A DNA stretch of 64,000 nucleotides from Rhodobacterales bacterium (GTDB taxonomy: Bacteria; Pseudomonadota; Alphaproteobacteria; Rhodobacterales; CAZPXZ01), in NCBI GenBank assembly GCA_965221505.1, contig CBDCSI010000002.1:225575-289574 (forward strand), read 5' to 3'. How positions within the stretch are numbered: the first letter of the stretch is position 1; every line of letters starts with the position of its first letter. Positions 19,823 through 28,623 of this stretch are shown here, piece by piece. The notes beneath the pieces are model-generated. The model saw only the letters and a list, made by a program, of their open reading frames with translations. It had not been told where the DNA came from and ran no database searches. The position numbers and the translations under genes are program-made.

Positions 19823-20857
19823 ATGAACCCACGAGCGAAAGGCGAATCGGGGAAGAAGCGGAAGCCGGGGCGCAAGCGCCGCGGAAACCGCCGCTGCCCG
19901 TACTTGCATCAGCCGCACGACGCCATTCTCCAGGCCGTCATGGAGGACCTCGAATGCGCCGACGAACTGATCCGGGCGCACCTTCCGCCGGCGATCGCCG
20001 AGATGCTGGACTCGGCGCTGCCGGAAGCGGTAGACGCGCAGCACGTCAGCGCGACTCTTCGTCGCAGCCGCAGCGACCGGATCTTCCGGTTCCGCCTCAA
20101 GAGCGGTTGCAAGCGCAAGTTCCTCTACGTCATCGCCGAGTTCCAGTCCACGGTCGATCCCGGACTCGTCTGGCGGACGCAATCCTACGCAACGCAGCTC
20201 GCGAAGCGCGAGGCGGCGGACGACACGCCGTCCGGGCGACGCAAACGCGCGTGCGTAATTACCCTGATATTCTATCATGGTCGAAAAAAATGGAATGCGG
20301 CGGTGTCTCTTGCGGAGGACGTGGAGGCGGACGAAGAGTTGGTTCCCTACCTCCTGGATTACCGGTACAGCCTCCGGGACCTCGGTCGCATGGCGGTGGA
20401 GAAACTGGCGACGGGAGCGAAGCTGCAGGCCGTCCTTCGGGCCGCGGTCCATGCGTGCCGGAAGTCGGTGACCGGCGGCGAGATCGAAGCGTTGCTGCGA
20501 CTCGTTCCGGAGGAGAGCGATTTTGCGGACCGGTTGCTGCTGTATATCATGGGCGCGATGCCGGCGGATTCGTCGGTGATCAAGCGGGCCGTGAAGAACG
20601 CTTGGCCGAAAACGGGAGTCGAGAAGATGGGACCGATGGGAAGAGAACTCGTGGACGCCGGGCGCAAGGAGGGCCGCAGGGAAGGGCGCGTGAACATGCT
20701 CGAGGGCCTTCTCGCACGCCGGTTCGGCAGTGTGCCGATTCAACTCCGCAAGGTGATTCGCAAGGGTTCGGCCGCCGAGCACGATCGGTTGTTGGACGCG
20801 ATCGTCGAGGGACAGGCGCTCGACGACCTGTGCGCGTCTCGCGCTACGGGGAGATAG
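19823..20857 (+). CDS. Rpn (YhgA-like, PD-(D/E)XK) recombination-promoting nuclease family protein
   Basis: PHDAILQAVMEDLECADELIRAHLP, RSDRIFRF, LYVIAEFQSTVD and IFYHGRKKW motifs, with the C-terminal tail KEGRREGRVNMLEGLLARRFGSVP. Start set at ATG 19823 (MNPRAKG..). An AT-rich patch at 19588-19625 lies upstream. Confidence 0.8.
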   Translation: MNPRAKGESGKKRKPGRKRRGNRRCPYLHQPHDAILQAVMEDLECADELIRAHLPPAIAEMLDSALPEAVDAQHVSATLRRSRSDRIFRFRLKSGCKRKFLYVIAEFQSTVDPGLVWRTQSYATQLAKREAADDTPSGRRKRACVITLIFYHGRKKWNAAVSLAEDVEADEELVPYLLDYRYSLRDLGRMAVEKLATGAKLQAVLRAAVHACRKSVTGGEIEALLRLVPEESDFADRLLLYIMGAMPADSSVIKRAVKNAWPKTGVEKMGPMGRELVDAGRKEGRREGRVNMLEGLLARRFGSVPIQLRKVIRKGSAAEHDRLLDAIVEGQALDDLCASRATGR

Positions 20858-20948
20858 GGCCTCTTCCGGCGAATGCGCGTCGCCGACGGATACGCCGAAG
20901 ATCTCGCGGGTCGCAGAGAACGCCCGGCCGAAGACGGGAGTCGAGAAG

Positions 20949-21203
20949 ATGGGGCCGATGGGAAGAGAACTCATGGACGCCGGGCGCAAGGAAGGCCGCA
21001 AGGAAGGCCGCAGGAAAGGCCGCAGGGAAGAGCGCGTGAATGTGCTCGAGGGCCTTCTCGCACGCCGGTTCGGCCGTGTGCCGATTCAACTCCGCACGGC
21101 GATTCGCAAGGGTTCGGCCGCCGAGCACTATCAGTTGTTGGACGCGATCGTCGACGGACATACGCTCGACGACCTATGCGAGTCTCACGCCGTCGGGAAA
21201 TAG
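20949..21203 (+). CDS. stand-alone Rpn C-terminal-domain ORF (84 aa) created by the duplication
   Basis: MGPMGRELMDAGRKEGRKEGRRKGRREERVNVLEGLLARRFGRVPIQLRTAIRKGSAAEHYQLLDAIVDGHTLDDLCESHAVGK parallels the last 76 aa of the Rpn protein. It keeps its own ATG, with GGGAG about 10 nt upstream. The frame is intact despite point differences. Confidence 0.5.
   Translation: MGPMGRELMDAGRKEGRKEGRRKGRREERVNVLEGLLARRFGRVPIQLRTAIRKGSAAEHYQLLDAIVDGHTLDDLCESHAVGK
20988..21035 (+). repeat. 12-nt coding microsatellite (aaggaaggccgc x about 4) encoding (K/R)EGR repeats
   Basis: The units are aaggaaggccgc, aaggaaggccgc, aggaaaggccgc and agggaagagcgc. The parental copy (about 20667-20690) has only two units. 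Confidence 0.85.
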
Positions 21204-21850
21204 GACGGCCTATGGTGGACGCCCAGAGCCCGAAGAACGCCATTTCGCTCGGACCGTCGCACCGGGACGTGCTTTCGCGAGCACGAGCAACGGCCCGGAG
21301 CCGGCGGGACGGAATCCCCGGGAACGGATCTTACGGATTCGGGCCACAGGGTCCGCTGAGCTGAGTTGCCGGAGCGCCTTCCGACACCGCGATGCCGCGA
21401 CATGACGGGTCCGATCGGCGAAGCGAACCACAGAGGTTCGGCCTCCGAGCGCAATCGCCAGGCGGACGCGATCACGGAGGGCAACGCACTCGAGACGACT
21501 GCCGGGCAAGCCGGAGAAGCCACGTCTTGACTCATCGACCTCACGGCGCAGCGCAGCGTTCCCGTTCGACAGGCGATCGGCGCAACGGGAACGGTGGAAG
21601 CGCCCGTCGCTCGCTGCGCCGAAGCCATTCTGCAACAGGCTCCGTTCCGGACAATTGCCGCATAGCCGCCCGACCCGTCCGGTCTGCAAGCGATCGGCTC
21701 GTCGGCCGGTCGCCGCAGGCGCCGGGATCGCTCCGTCAGCCTGCCGAATCGGGAAAGCCCGAGCTCCGATTTGCCCGAACGCGTATGATTTCCGCAAAGG
21801 TTGCCACACGCCGCCGGTAGCCGAGAACCGGAGCCAACGCAGGAATTGAA

Positions 21851-23278
21851 GTGACGATATTGCGACTGCTCTCGGAAACACGCTTTCGGCTGCGCCTTGC
21901 GGAAGGCAGCGCCCTTCATAGGTCGCAAGACGGCCAGGGCTATTCCGTCGACACGGAGATTGGGACGCTCTCCGTCGGCGGATTCGCTCCCGCCTTCGAT
22001 ACTGCCGTTCGTCTGTTGGGGCGCGGAGCCCCTCTGGCCGACTTGCGAGATACGGTCCTCAGCGAGTCCACCGTGGAGTGCGCCGCCCAATGCCTCCTTT
22101 GGATTCAAGCCCTCGCCCGAACCGGCTGCATCCGCTACGCGCTGGTCGACGACGGCCGGGAACTGGCGGCTGTCGACCCGCAGAAACCCCGGTTCTCTCC
22201 CGAGTTGTCGCCCGAAACGCCATCTGCGGATGCGGTTCTCGATCCGCTTGCCTATCTCAGGCAGGAGCCGCAGGGCGGCTGGCGCCTCGAATCGCCGCTG
22301 GCCGACGCCAGCGTTCGGCTGCCCGAACTGGACGCGCTTCGCCATCCGCTCGTTCGCCGGCTGCTCCACGCGCTCGGCATGTTGAGAGCGGAGGAGCGGA
22401 CCTGCGTTTCCGCCGCTCGCCAGGACGCCCTCGCCCAATGGGAATTCCACGACCTCCTGTCGCACATGCGCCAGAGCCCCGGGGTTTTTGCGGCGCCCTT
22501 CGGCAAGCACGCTCCGTTCGTCGGCAAGATCGATCCGCTCCCGGCCGTCCCCGATTTCGGGTCGGCGAATCGGATTCCGCTGCCGCGAGCCGAGGCGGCA
22601 CCGGAACGAGGGTCTGTCTCTTCCGCCCTGGCGCGACGCAGCTCCGTCCGCACGCACGACGAGTCCCGCCCAATCTCCGTCAGGCAGCTGGGCCTGCTCC
22701 TCGATACGGCGGCCCGCATCCGGGACAGGACCCGCGTGCGGATCCGAAGCCTCGACGGATCGGAGTCCTTCGCCGAGTTTACCCGCCGCCCTTACCCGAG
22801 CGGCGGCGCGTCGTACGAACTGGAGATCTATCCGGTCGTGGGAGCCTGCACCGGCATCGAGGCCGGCATGTATCACTACGACGCGAAGTCCCACGCGCTC
22901 GCCTCTGTCTGCCCCGCCGGCGCAAGCACGCGATCGTTCCTGGAAGACGCCGCCCGCGCCATGAGAGCCGCGAAGCCGCCGCAGCTGTTACTGGTGATCT
23001 CCGCGCGGTTCGGCCGGGTCATGTGGTTCTATCGATCCATCGCCTACGGCCTGATCCTGCGAAATACAGGCGCGCTCTACCAGAGCCTCTACCTCGCGGC
23101 GGAGGAAGCGGGACTCGCGTCCTGCGCCATCGGCGCGACCCGTATCGGACTCTTCGCCGACGCCACCGGCCTCGATCCGCTCGTGGAGGGACCGGTAGGA
23201 GCCTTCAGCCTCGGCAGCCGACCAGGACCGGCAATGGGTTCCCGAGCCACCTCGCCCCGGCGGGAGAATGCGGCCTGA
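21851..23278 (+). CDS. SagB/ThcOx-family FMN-dependent dehydrogenase (azoline oxidase) with long N-terminal extension
   Basis: The C-terminal roughly 210 aa carry the SagB-type nitroreductase pattern (RRSSVRTH, RRPYPSGGASYELEIY, MYHYD, RNTGALYQSLYLAAEEAGLASCAIGA). GTG start at 21851. Confidence 0.85.
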   Translation: MTILRLLSETRFRLRLAEGSALHRSQDGQGYSVDTEIGTLSVGGFAPAFDTAVRLLGRGAPLADLRDTVLSESTVECAAQCLLWIQALARTGCIRYALVDDGRELAAVDPQKPRFSPELSPETPSADAVLDPLAYLRQEPQGGWRLESPLADASVRLPELDALRHPLVRRLLHALGMLRAEERTCVSAARQDALAQWEFHDLLSHMRQSPGVFAAPFGKHAPFVGKIDPLPAVPDFGSANRIPLPRAEAAPERGSVSSALARRSSVRTHDESRPISVRQLGLLLDTAARIRDRTRVRIRSLDGSESFAEFTRRPYPSGGASYELEIYPVVGACTGIEAGMYHYDAKSHALASVCPAGASTRSFLEDAARAMRAAKPPQLLLVISARFGRVMWFYRSIAYGLILRNTGALYQSLYLAAEEAGLASCAIGATRIGLFADATGLDPLVEGPVGAFSLGSRPGPAMGSRATSPRRENAA

Positions 23279-23453
23279 ACCTGTCGCGGCATGCCGGGAA
23301 GGGAGCCGGAACTCGTGCCAGCCGCAGGCGGCACCTCGGTGCCGCTGCCGTCCCCTGCAACTCCTCGCCCGATGTCCGACCCGCTGACCCGGCGCGACGC
23401 GCGACCCGCGTCCGACCGTGTCGACGCAAGGGCCGGTTCGGCCCGGCCCGGTC

Positions 23454-26378
23454 TCAGACCAGCTGACGTTCCGCAAGCGCCCGGAAGCTACCGTCCGCAG
23501 CCATGAGTTCGTCGAAGGTGCCCGATTCCGACACCCGCCCTCCTTCCAGTACATAGATTCGATTGGCTTCCCGGACGGTGGACAGCCTGTGGGCGATCGC
23601 GATGCGCGTCGAGGTCAGCCGGCGGATTCCGTCCATCGTCTCGCGCTGGCTCGACGCGTCCAGCCAGCTGGTCGCCTCGTCCAGGAACACGATTCGCGGA
23701 TTGCGTACCAGGGAAGCGGCGATTCGGATTCGCTGCCCCTGACCCCCGGAGAGAGTCGTCGCGGACTCGCTGACAGGGGTATACATGCCCATCGGCATCG
23801 CTCGAATGTCGCGCTCGACCCCCGCCGCGCGCGCCGCCCGCCAAGCGTCCGCTTCGGTCAGGTCGCCCATGACGCCGATGATGTTGTCGAGCACCGTGCC
23901 CGATACGAGCGCCCCGTCCTGCACCACGACCCCGACCTGGCGGCGAACCGACTGCGCTCGGAGACTATCCAGACTTTTTCCGTCGTAGTAGATGCCGCCG
24001 GAGACGGGCCGCTCGAGGCCGAGCGCCAGCCGGATCAGAGTGGACTTTCCCGCGCCCGACTCCCCCACGACGGCGATGAATTCGCCGGGTGCGGCATGGA
24101 GAGAGACGTCGTGCAGGACCACCGGACCGTCGCTGCCGTAGCGAAATCGCACGCAGTCGAATCGGATGTCGCCCCCAAGGGTCGTCGCCCGGGCGCTCCG
24201 CCGCACGGGTTCCAGTTCCGCCTGCAGAATGGGACGTGCCTGTTCGCAAACCGGAATGATCGCGGCGATCGCCTCGAACGAAAACCCGAGCATGGCGACG
24301 GTCATGTAGAACGTCATCGATGCGGCATAGACCGCCACGAAGTCGGACACCACGGCAGGACCCGCCTCCAGCCGCAGAACTCCGGCGAACAGCAGAGCGC
24401 CGCCAAACGCCGGCAGCGCCGCCGTAAGCGCCGCCATATGCTCGTTGACGCGCGCGACCTGGATCTGCGCAACCTGTTGCCGTCGGAACGTACGGGCCCA
24501 GAACGCGAACGCCGACGGTCCTGCGCCCGTCGCGCGGAGCTTTCCGATCCCGCCGAGTATCTGCATCAACGTGCTGGCGAGTTCGCGCGTGGCCTCGACG
24601 TACCGACGCTGCGGCCCCACCTGAAGGATTCCGAAGACGACAGCGGCCAGAACTGCCGCGACGCCGACGGTCGCCGTCAACAGCCCCAGGAGAGGGTTGA
24701 GCAACATCAGGGCCACCAGCGCGGGCAAGAGAAACAGCACCGACAGGAACGCGATCACGGCAGGTCCGGCGATCAGGTCGCGCAGGTGATGGAAGGCCAG
24801 CGCACGCATTGCCACCTCGCCTGCCGTACGTTGACGGAAGAAACCGGACGTCAACCGAAGGGTCCGGTCCCACAGCAACGAACTCAAACGGGTCGTCAGC
24901 CTTCCCTCGATTCGCATGATCGCGGTACCGCGCAGGACCTGCAGAAGCGCTGCGACGACGCCGAGCGCGGCCAGCGCCATTCCGAACAGCGCCAGCGTGC
25001 TTCCCGTCGGACCCGCCGGAATCAGGCGCTCGAGAAGAATCGCGAGAGCGAGCGCAGGTGCGAACGCCAGGAGCCCGGCGCCGACGCTCGTCGCGGCCAG
25101 CCGGACGAGATCGAATGCGACTCCTCCCCGCGCAGCCCTCGCCATGTCGGCGAATTCCGCCGGCCGTTCCTTCGGGATCGTGCGGTACAGAAACCACGCG
25201 TCCTCGTGCAGAGCGTCGACCGTGTCCGGTCCGGCCCGCGCGACCCTACCGCTTGCCGGATCGTGAACCCGGTACGCCCCGAAACTGTCGGGAATCAACG
25301 CGACGGGCCGGTCGCCCTCGCGCAGGAAGGCGAGCATTGCGCCGCTGTCGGAGCGCCACCAGTCCGGTTCGGTACGCAGCCGTATACGCCGGGCCCTAAC
25401 GTTGGCATGAGCGAGGAAATCCGCCAGTCCCAGGTCCTCTCCCGGCCCGGTTTCGGGAGCCTGCAAGTCGATCCCCTCGTACTCGCTCACCGTTCGGAGG
25501 GCGACCCGCAGCCCGTCCTCCCGGGTATCGGGAGGAGCTGATTCGTCTCCCAGAAGAGAATGCAGTTCCCCGCGCGCCGCCACTTCCGCACGTCGCAGAA
25601 GAGCGCTCCGGGCGAATTGCAGATTGGCCTGATCGACGACCCGCAGCTGACGGTTCAAACGCATCACGCGCGCCGCCAGCCGGTGGAATTCCGGCAGGTG
25701 CCGGCAGAGCAGCGGGCCCGTCTCCAGCTCCCGGGCCGCGAGGCAGGCGACGTCCGAAGGACCGGATATCTGCATCCATGTGCCCTGCGTCAACGGAATC
25801 AGGGAACGCTCGGACGAATCGGCGTCCTCCAGATCCAGAAACACGGCCGCGAGCCCGTGACACGGAACCCACACCACGCCCTGACGCGCGGAAACCACCC
25901 CCTCGACCGCCGATTCCTCGCCGGCGGACAGCTGCCGCGCAATCCTCGGCCTCGTTTCGATGTCGCGCACCAGCGACTGGCCGAGGGCGTCCACCCACGC
26001 GTCGACCCCCTCGGCGACGGCCGCGGCAAGCGGAGCGTCTTCTCGCGCCTCCTCGACAAGCGCGGCGACGGAGAGCCGACGAAGCCTCGTGTCGGGCAGG
26101 CCCTTGCACAACAGCTGCAAGTCCCCGTCCTTCGTTCCGGTATCGATCCCGAAGGCGAGCTGGCCGCGCTCGAGACGAAGCACGTTCTGCAACGGCGCCC
26201 GAACCGCACCGTCTTCCGTTTCGACCGCGAACACTTCCAGCGAACCCCGTTCGACGTACCAGAGCGACTTCGGGTCTTCGAGCCGCAGCGGCCGGTTTCC
26301 GGCCGACGGCACGGCGTCGCTGGCGGCGGTCGCGAAGCGCGCCAGCGCCTCGGCCGGGGAGAGCCGTTCAATGCGCAT
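23454..26378 (-). CDS. NHLP-type bacteriocin export ABC transporter, permease/ATPase subunit with N-terminal beta-barrel (cNMP-binding-like) domain
   Basis: Walker A GESGAGKST, signature LSGGQGQRIRIAASL and Walker B IVFLDEATSWLD follow a six-helix membrane domain. About 260 extra N-terminal residues are present (..WYVERGSLEVFAVETEDGAVRAPLQNVLRLERGQLAFGI..). Overlaps the upstream ABC gene by 11 nt. Confidence 0.85.
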   Translation of the reverse strand: MRIERLSPAEALARFATAASDAVPSAGNRPLRLEDPKSLWYVERGSLEVFAVETEDGAVRAPLQNVLRLERGQLAFGIDTGTKDGDLQLLCKGLPDTRLRRLSVAALVEEAREDAPLAAAVAEGVDAWVDALGQSLVRDIETRPRIARQLSAGEESAVEGVVSARQGVVWVPCHGLAAVFLDLEDADSSERSLIPLTQGTWMQISGPSDVACLAARELETGPLLCRHLPEFHRLAARVMRLNRQLRVVDQANLQFARSALLRRAEVAARGELHSLLGDESAPPDTREDGLRVALRTVSEYEGIDLQAPETGPGEDLGLADFLAHANVRARRIRLRTEPDWWRSDSGAMLAFLREGDRPVALIPDSFGAYRVHDPASGRVARAGPDTVDALHEDAWFLYRTIPKERPAEFADMARAARGGVAFDLVRLAATSVGAGLLAFAPALALAILLERLIPAGPTGSTLALFGMALAALGVVAALLQVLRGTAIMRIEGRLTTRLSSLLWDRTLRLTSGFFRQRTAGEVAMRALAFHHLRDLIAGPAVIAFLSVLFLLPALVALMLLNPLLGLLTATVGVAAVLAAVVFGILQVGPQRRYVEATRELASTLMQILGGIGKLRATGAGPSAFAFWARTFRRQQVAQIQVARVNEHMAALTAALPAFGGALLFAGVLRLEAGPAVVSDFVAVYAASMTFYMTVAMLGFSFEAIAAIIPVCEQARPILQAELEPVRRSARATTLGGDIRFDCVRFRYGSDGPVVLHDVSLHAAPGEFIAVVGESGAGKSTLIRLALGLERPVSGGIYYDGKSLDSLRAQSVRRQVGVVVQDGALVSGTVLDNIIGVMGDLTEADAWRAARAAGVERDIRAMPMGMYTPVSESATTLSGGQGQRIRIAASLVRNPRIVFLDEATSWLDASSQRETMDGIRRLTSTRIAIAHRLSTVREANRIYVLEGGRVSESGTFDELMAADGSFRALAERQLV

Positions 26379-28620
26379 GGAGAAACTCGCGATAGAGACT
26401 GCCCTCCGCCGCGATCAACGACTCGTGGGTGCCTTCCTGCACCACCCGGCCCCGGTCGAGAACGAGAATGCGGTCGCTGTCCCGGATCGTGCTCAGCCGA
26501 TGGGCGACGATGAGGCTGGAACAGCCGCGGTGACGCAGCGCTTCGTCGATGCGGAATTCGTTCACCGTATCGAGACTGCTGGTCGCCTCGTCGAGGATCA
26601 GGAGCGACGGATTGACGACCAGCGCACGGGCGATCTCGAGTCGGAGACGCTGGCCGCCGCTGAAGTTACGGCCCTCCTCCTCGATCGGGGAGTCGTAGCC
26701 GAGCGGGCGAGCGATGATCTCGTCGTGAATCCGGGCGTCCCGGGCCGCGTCGACCATGGCGTCCTCGGGAACCGCCGCGTTCCACATGGTCAGGTTCTCC
26801 CGAACGCTGGCGGCGAACAGCACCGTGACCTGGCTCACCACCGAGACGGACGAAGCCAGGATTTCCGGCGGAATCTCCTCGCGCGGGAGCCCGTCGAACA
26901 AGATCTCCCCCGACCACGGCCGGTAGACGCCGGCAGCCAGCATGGCCAGGGTGGACTTGCCGGAGCCGCTGGGTCCGACGACCGATACCCGCTGACCGAC
27001 CTCGACCACGAGGTTGAAGTCCTCGATCAGCGGCGGCCTGTGCTTCGTGTAGCCGAAGGTGACGTTGCGCATCTCGAGCCGACCCGCCAGGCGAAGCCGA
27101 CCGGCGACTCTCGCCAGGCGGCCCGACCGCTCGTCGCCTCCGCGATTCGGGACGTCGTCGTCCGGCGGCGCGTCGAACACGTCGTTCAGGCGCGAGAGGT
27201 CGGCCTCGAGCGTCTGAAACAGGTCGGAGAACAGCGCCAGGCGTCCCACCGGCTGCAGGAAGCCGGTAGCGAGCAAATGGAGCCCGATCAGCGTGCCGAC
27301 CGACAACTCGCCGGACGCGAGCCGCTCCCCGCCGATGCCGAAGACCACCGCGGCGCCGAGGAACGTGAACAGGATCGGCAGCGCGGCGACGACATGTCCG
27401 AGTTCGACGAAGTCCTGCCGTGCGCCGAGTTCGCGCGCTTGGTAGCCGCTCAACTTCGCGAAGAAGTCGTCCTCCGACGCGGTGGCCCGCATGCTCTCCG
27501 TATGACGGAGGCCCGCCATGCCGAAGCCGATCAGCTTGCCCTGCTCGCGGCCCAGCTGGTGGTTCAAATCGGTCCGCCGCCGGGTCAGGAGCCGGGTAAG
27601 CAGGACGGACCCGATCCCCATGGAACCGACCAGCGACGCCAGCAGGGAATCGATCGCGAACATGGCGCCGAGAAAGGCGAGGCTCATCACGAGTTCGATC
27701 ATTACCGCGACGAGCTGGCTCGTTCCGAGCTGCGCGACTGTGCCGATGAGGCGGGCGCGCTCCGCGAGCTCGCCGGCGTGGCGCTGCACGAAGAAGCGCA
27801 TCGGCAGGCGAAGCAGGTGAACCAGGTACCGGTCCGACTGTTCCACCGTAAGTCGCACGGCGAGTTTTCGAAGCAGTCGCCGCTGGAACCAGGTCAGGAG
27901 ATAGACCGCCGCGCCGGACGCCGCCATCCCGCCGACCAGAACCGGCGCCCAGCCCGGCTGCCGGCCGCCAAGAACGTAATCGACGAACGCGGACAGGATC
28001 AACGGCATGGCGAGGCCGAGCGCGGCGAGAAGAAGTCCGGCGAGAACGGCGGCGAACAGGGTGGGCTTGAAACGGCGGAGCCACGGCCAGAGAAGCGGCA
28101 GGACGCCGGGACGCCTCCCGCCGGGCCGAAACCGCTCGTCGGCCTCGAAGGTCAGCGCGACGCCGGTGAAGGCGCCCGAGAAAGTCTCTGCGTCGACCGT
28201 CCGATGCCCCTGAGCGGGGTCGTTGATCCGAAAGCCGTCGCCGGCAAAGCCTTCGAGCACCACGAAGTGGTTGAATTCCCAGAACAGCACCGCGGGCAGC
28301 GGCGTGAACTTCAACTCGGGAATCCTTCGCCGCCAGCCGGTCGCCTTCACGCCGTACTCCCGGGCCGCGCGGACGATATCGGCCGCACTGCATCCGTCGC
28401 GCCCGACCGCGCACGCGTCCCGGAGCTCCTCCAGAGGCACCCAACGCCCGAAATGAGCCAGAACGATGCCCAGGCAGGCTGCGCCGCAGTCCGCCGTCTC
28501 GTGCTGAAGATAGACGGGCGTTCGGACGCGCTGCCGCATCTCCCGCCACCGCGCGAGCAAGCGTCCCGGAAGCCCCGCCTTCCACGCGCGCGTCGCAGAC
28601 CGAGGAAGACGGAGTCGCAC
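26368..28620 (-). CDS. NHLP-type bacteriocin export ABC transporter with N-terminal C39 peptidase domain
   Basis: C39 motifs QHETADCGAACLGIVL (Cys), FNHFVVLEG (His) and RINDP (Asp). These are followed by the membrane domain, Walker A GPSGSGKST, signature FSGGQRLRLEIARAL and Walker B LLILDEATSSLD. Confidence 0.9.
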   Translation of the reverse strand: MRLRLPRSATRAWKAGLPGRLLARWREMRQRVRTPVYLQHETADCGAACLGIVLAHFGRWVPLEELRDACAVGRDGCSAADIVRAAREYGVKATGWRRRIPELKFTPLPAVLFWEFNHFVVLEGFAGDGFRINDPAQGHRTVDAETFSGAFTGVALTFEADERFRPGGRRPGVLPLLWPWLRRFKPTLFAAVLAGLLLAALGLAMPLILSAFVDYVLGGRQPGWAPVLVGGMAASGAAVYLLTWFQRRLLRKLAVRLTVEQSDRYLVHLLRLPMRFFVQRHAGELAERARLIGTVAQLGTSQLVAVMIELVMSLAFLGAMFAIDSLLASLVGSMGIGSVLLTRLLTRRRTDLNHQLGREQGKLIGFGMAGLRHTESMRATASEDDFFAKLSGYQARELGARQDFVELGHVVAALPILFTFLGAAVVFGIGGERLASGELSVGTLIGLHLLATGFLQPVGRLALFSDLFQTLEADLSRLNDVFDAPPDDDVPNRGGDERSGRLARVAGRLRLAGRLEMRNVTFGYTKHRPPLIEDFNLVVEVGQRVSVVGPSGSGKSTLAMLAAGVYRPWSGEILFDGLPREEIPPEILASSVSVVSQVTVLFAASVRENLTMWNAAVPEDAMVDAARDARIHDEIIARPLGYDSPIEEEGRNFSGGQRLRLEIARALVVNPSLLILDEATSSLDTVNEFRIDEALRHRGCSSLIVAHRLSTIRDSDRILVLDRGRVVQEGTHESLIAAEGSLYREFLHAH

Positions 28621-28623
28621 GAG

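Larger units (their letters stand above)
20545..21203 (+). repeat. tandem duplication of the 3' end of the Rpn gene (copy A about 20545-20857, copy B about 20866-21203)
   Basis: Direct alignment: gaacgcttggccgaaaacgggagtcgagaagatgggaccgatgggaagagaactcgtggacgcc (20596 onward) against gaacgcccggccgaagacgggagtcgagaagatggggccgatgggaagagaactcatggacgcc (20918 onward). Similarity continues to both stop codons. Copy B is 24 nt longer. Confidence 0.9.

Noticed and set aside
20988-21035. Short tandem repeats, considered as a possible CRISPR or minisatellite array
   Set aside because: The units are 12 nt and contiguous with no spacers. They are in-frame within a coding duplicate, and no cas genes are nearby.
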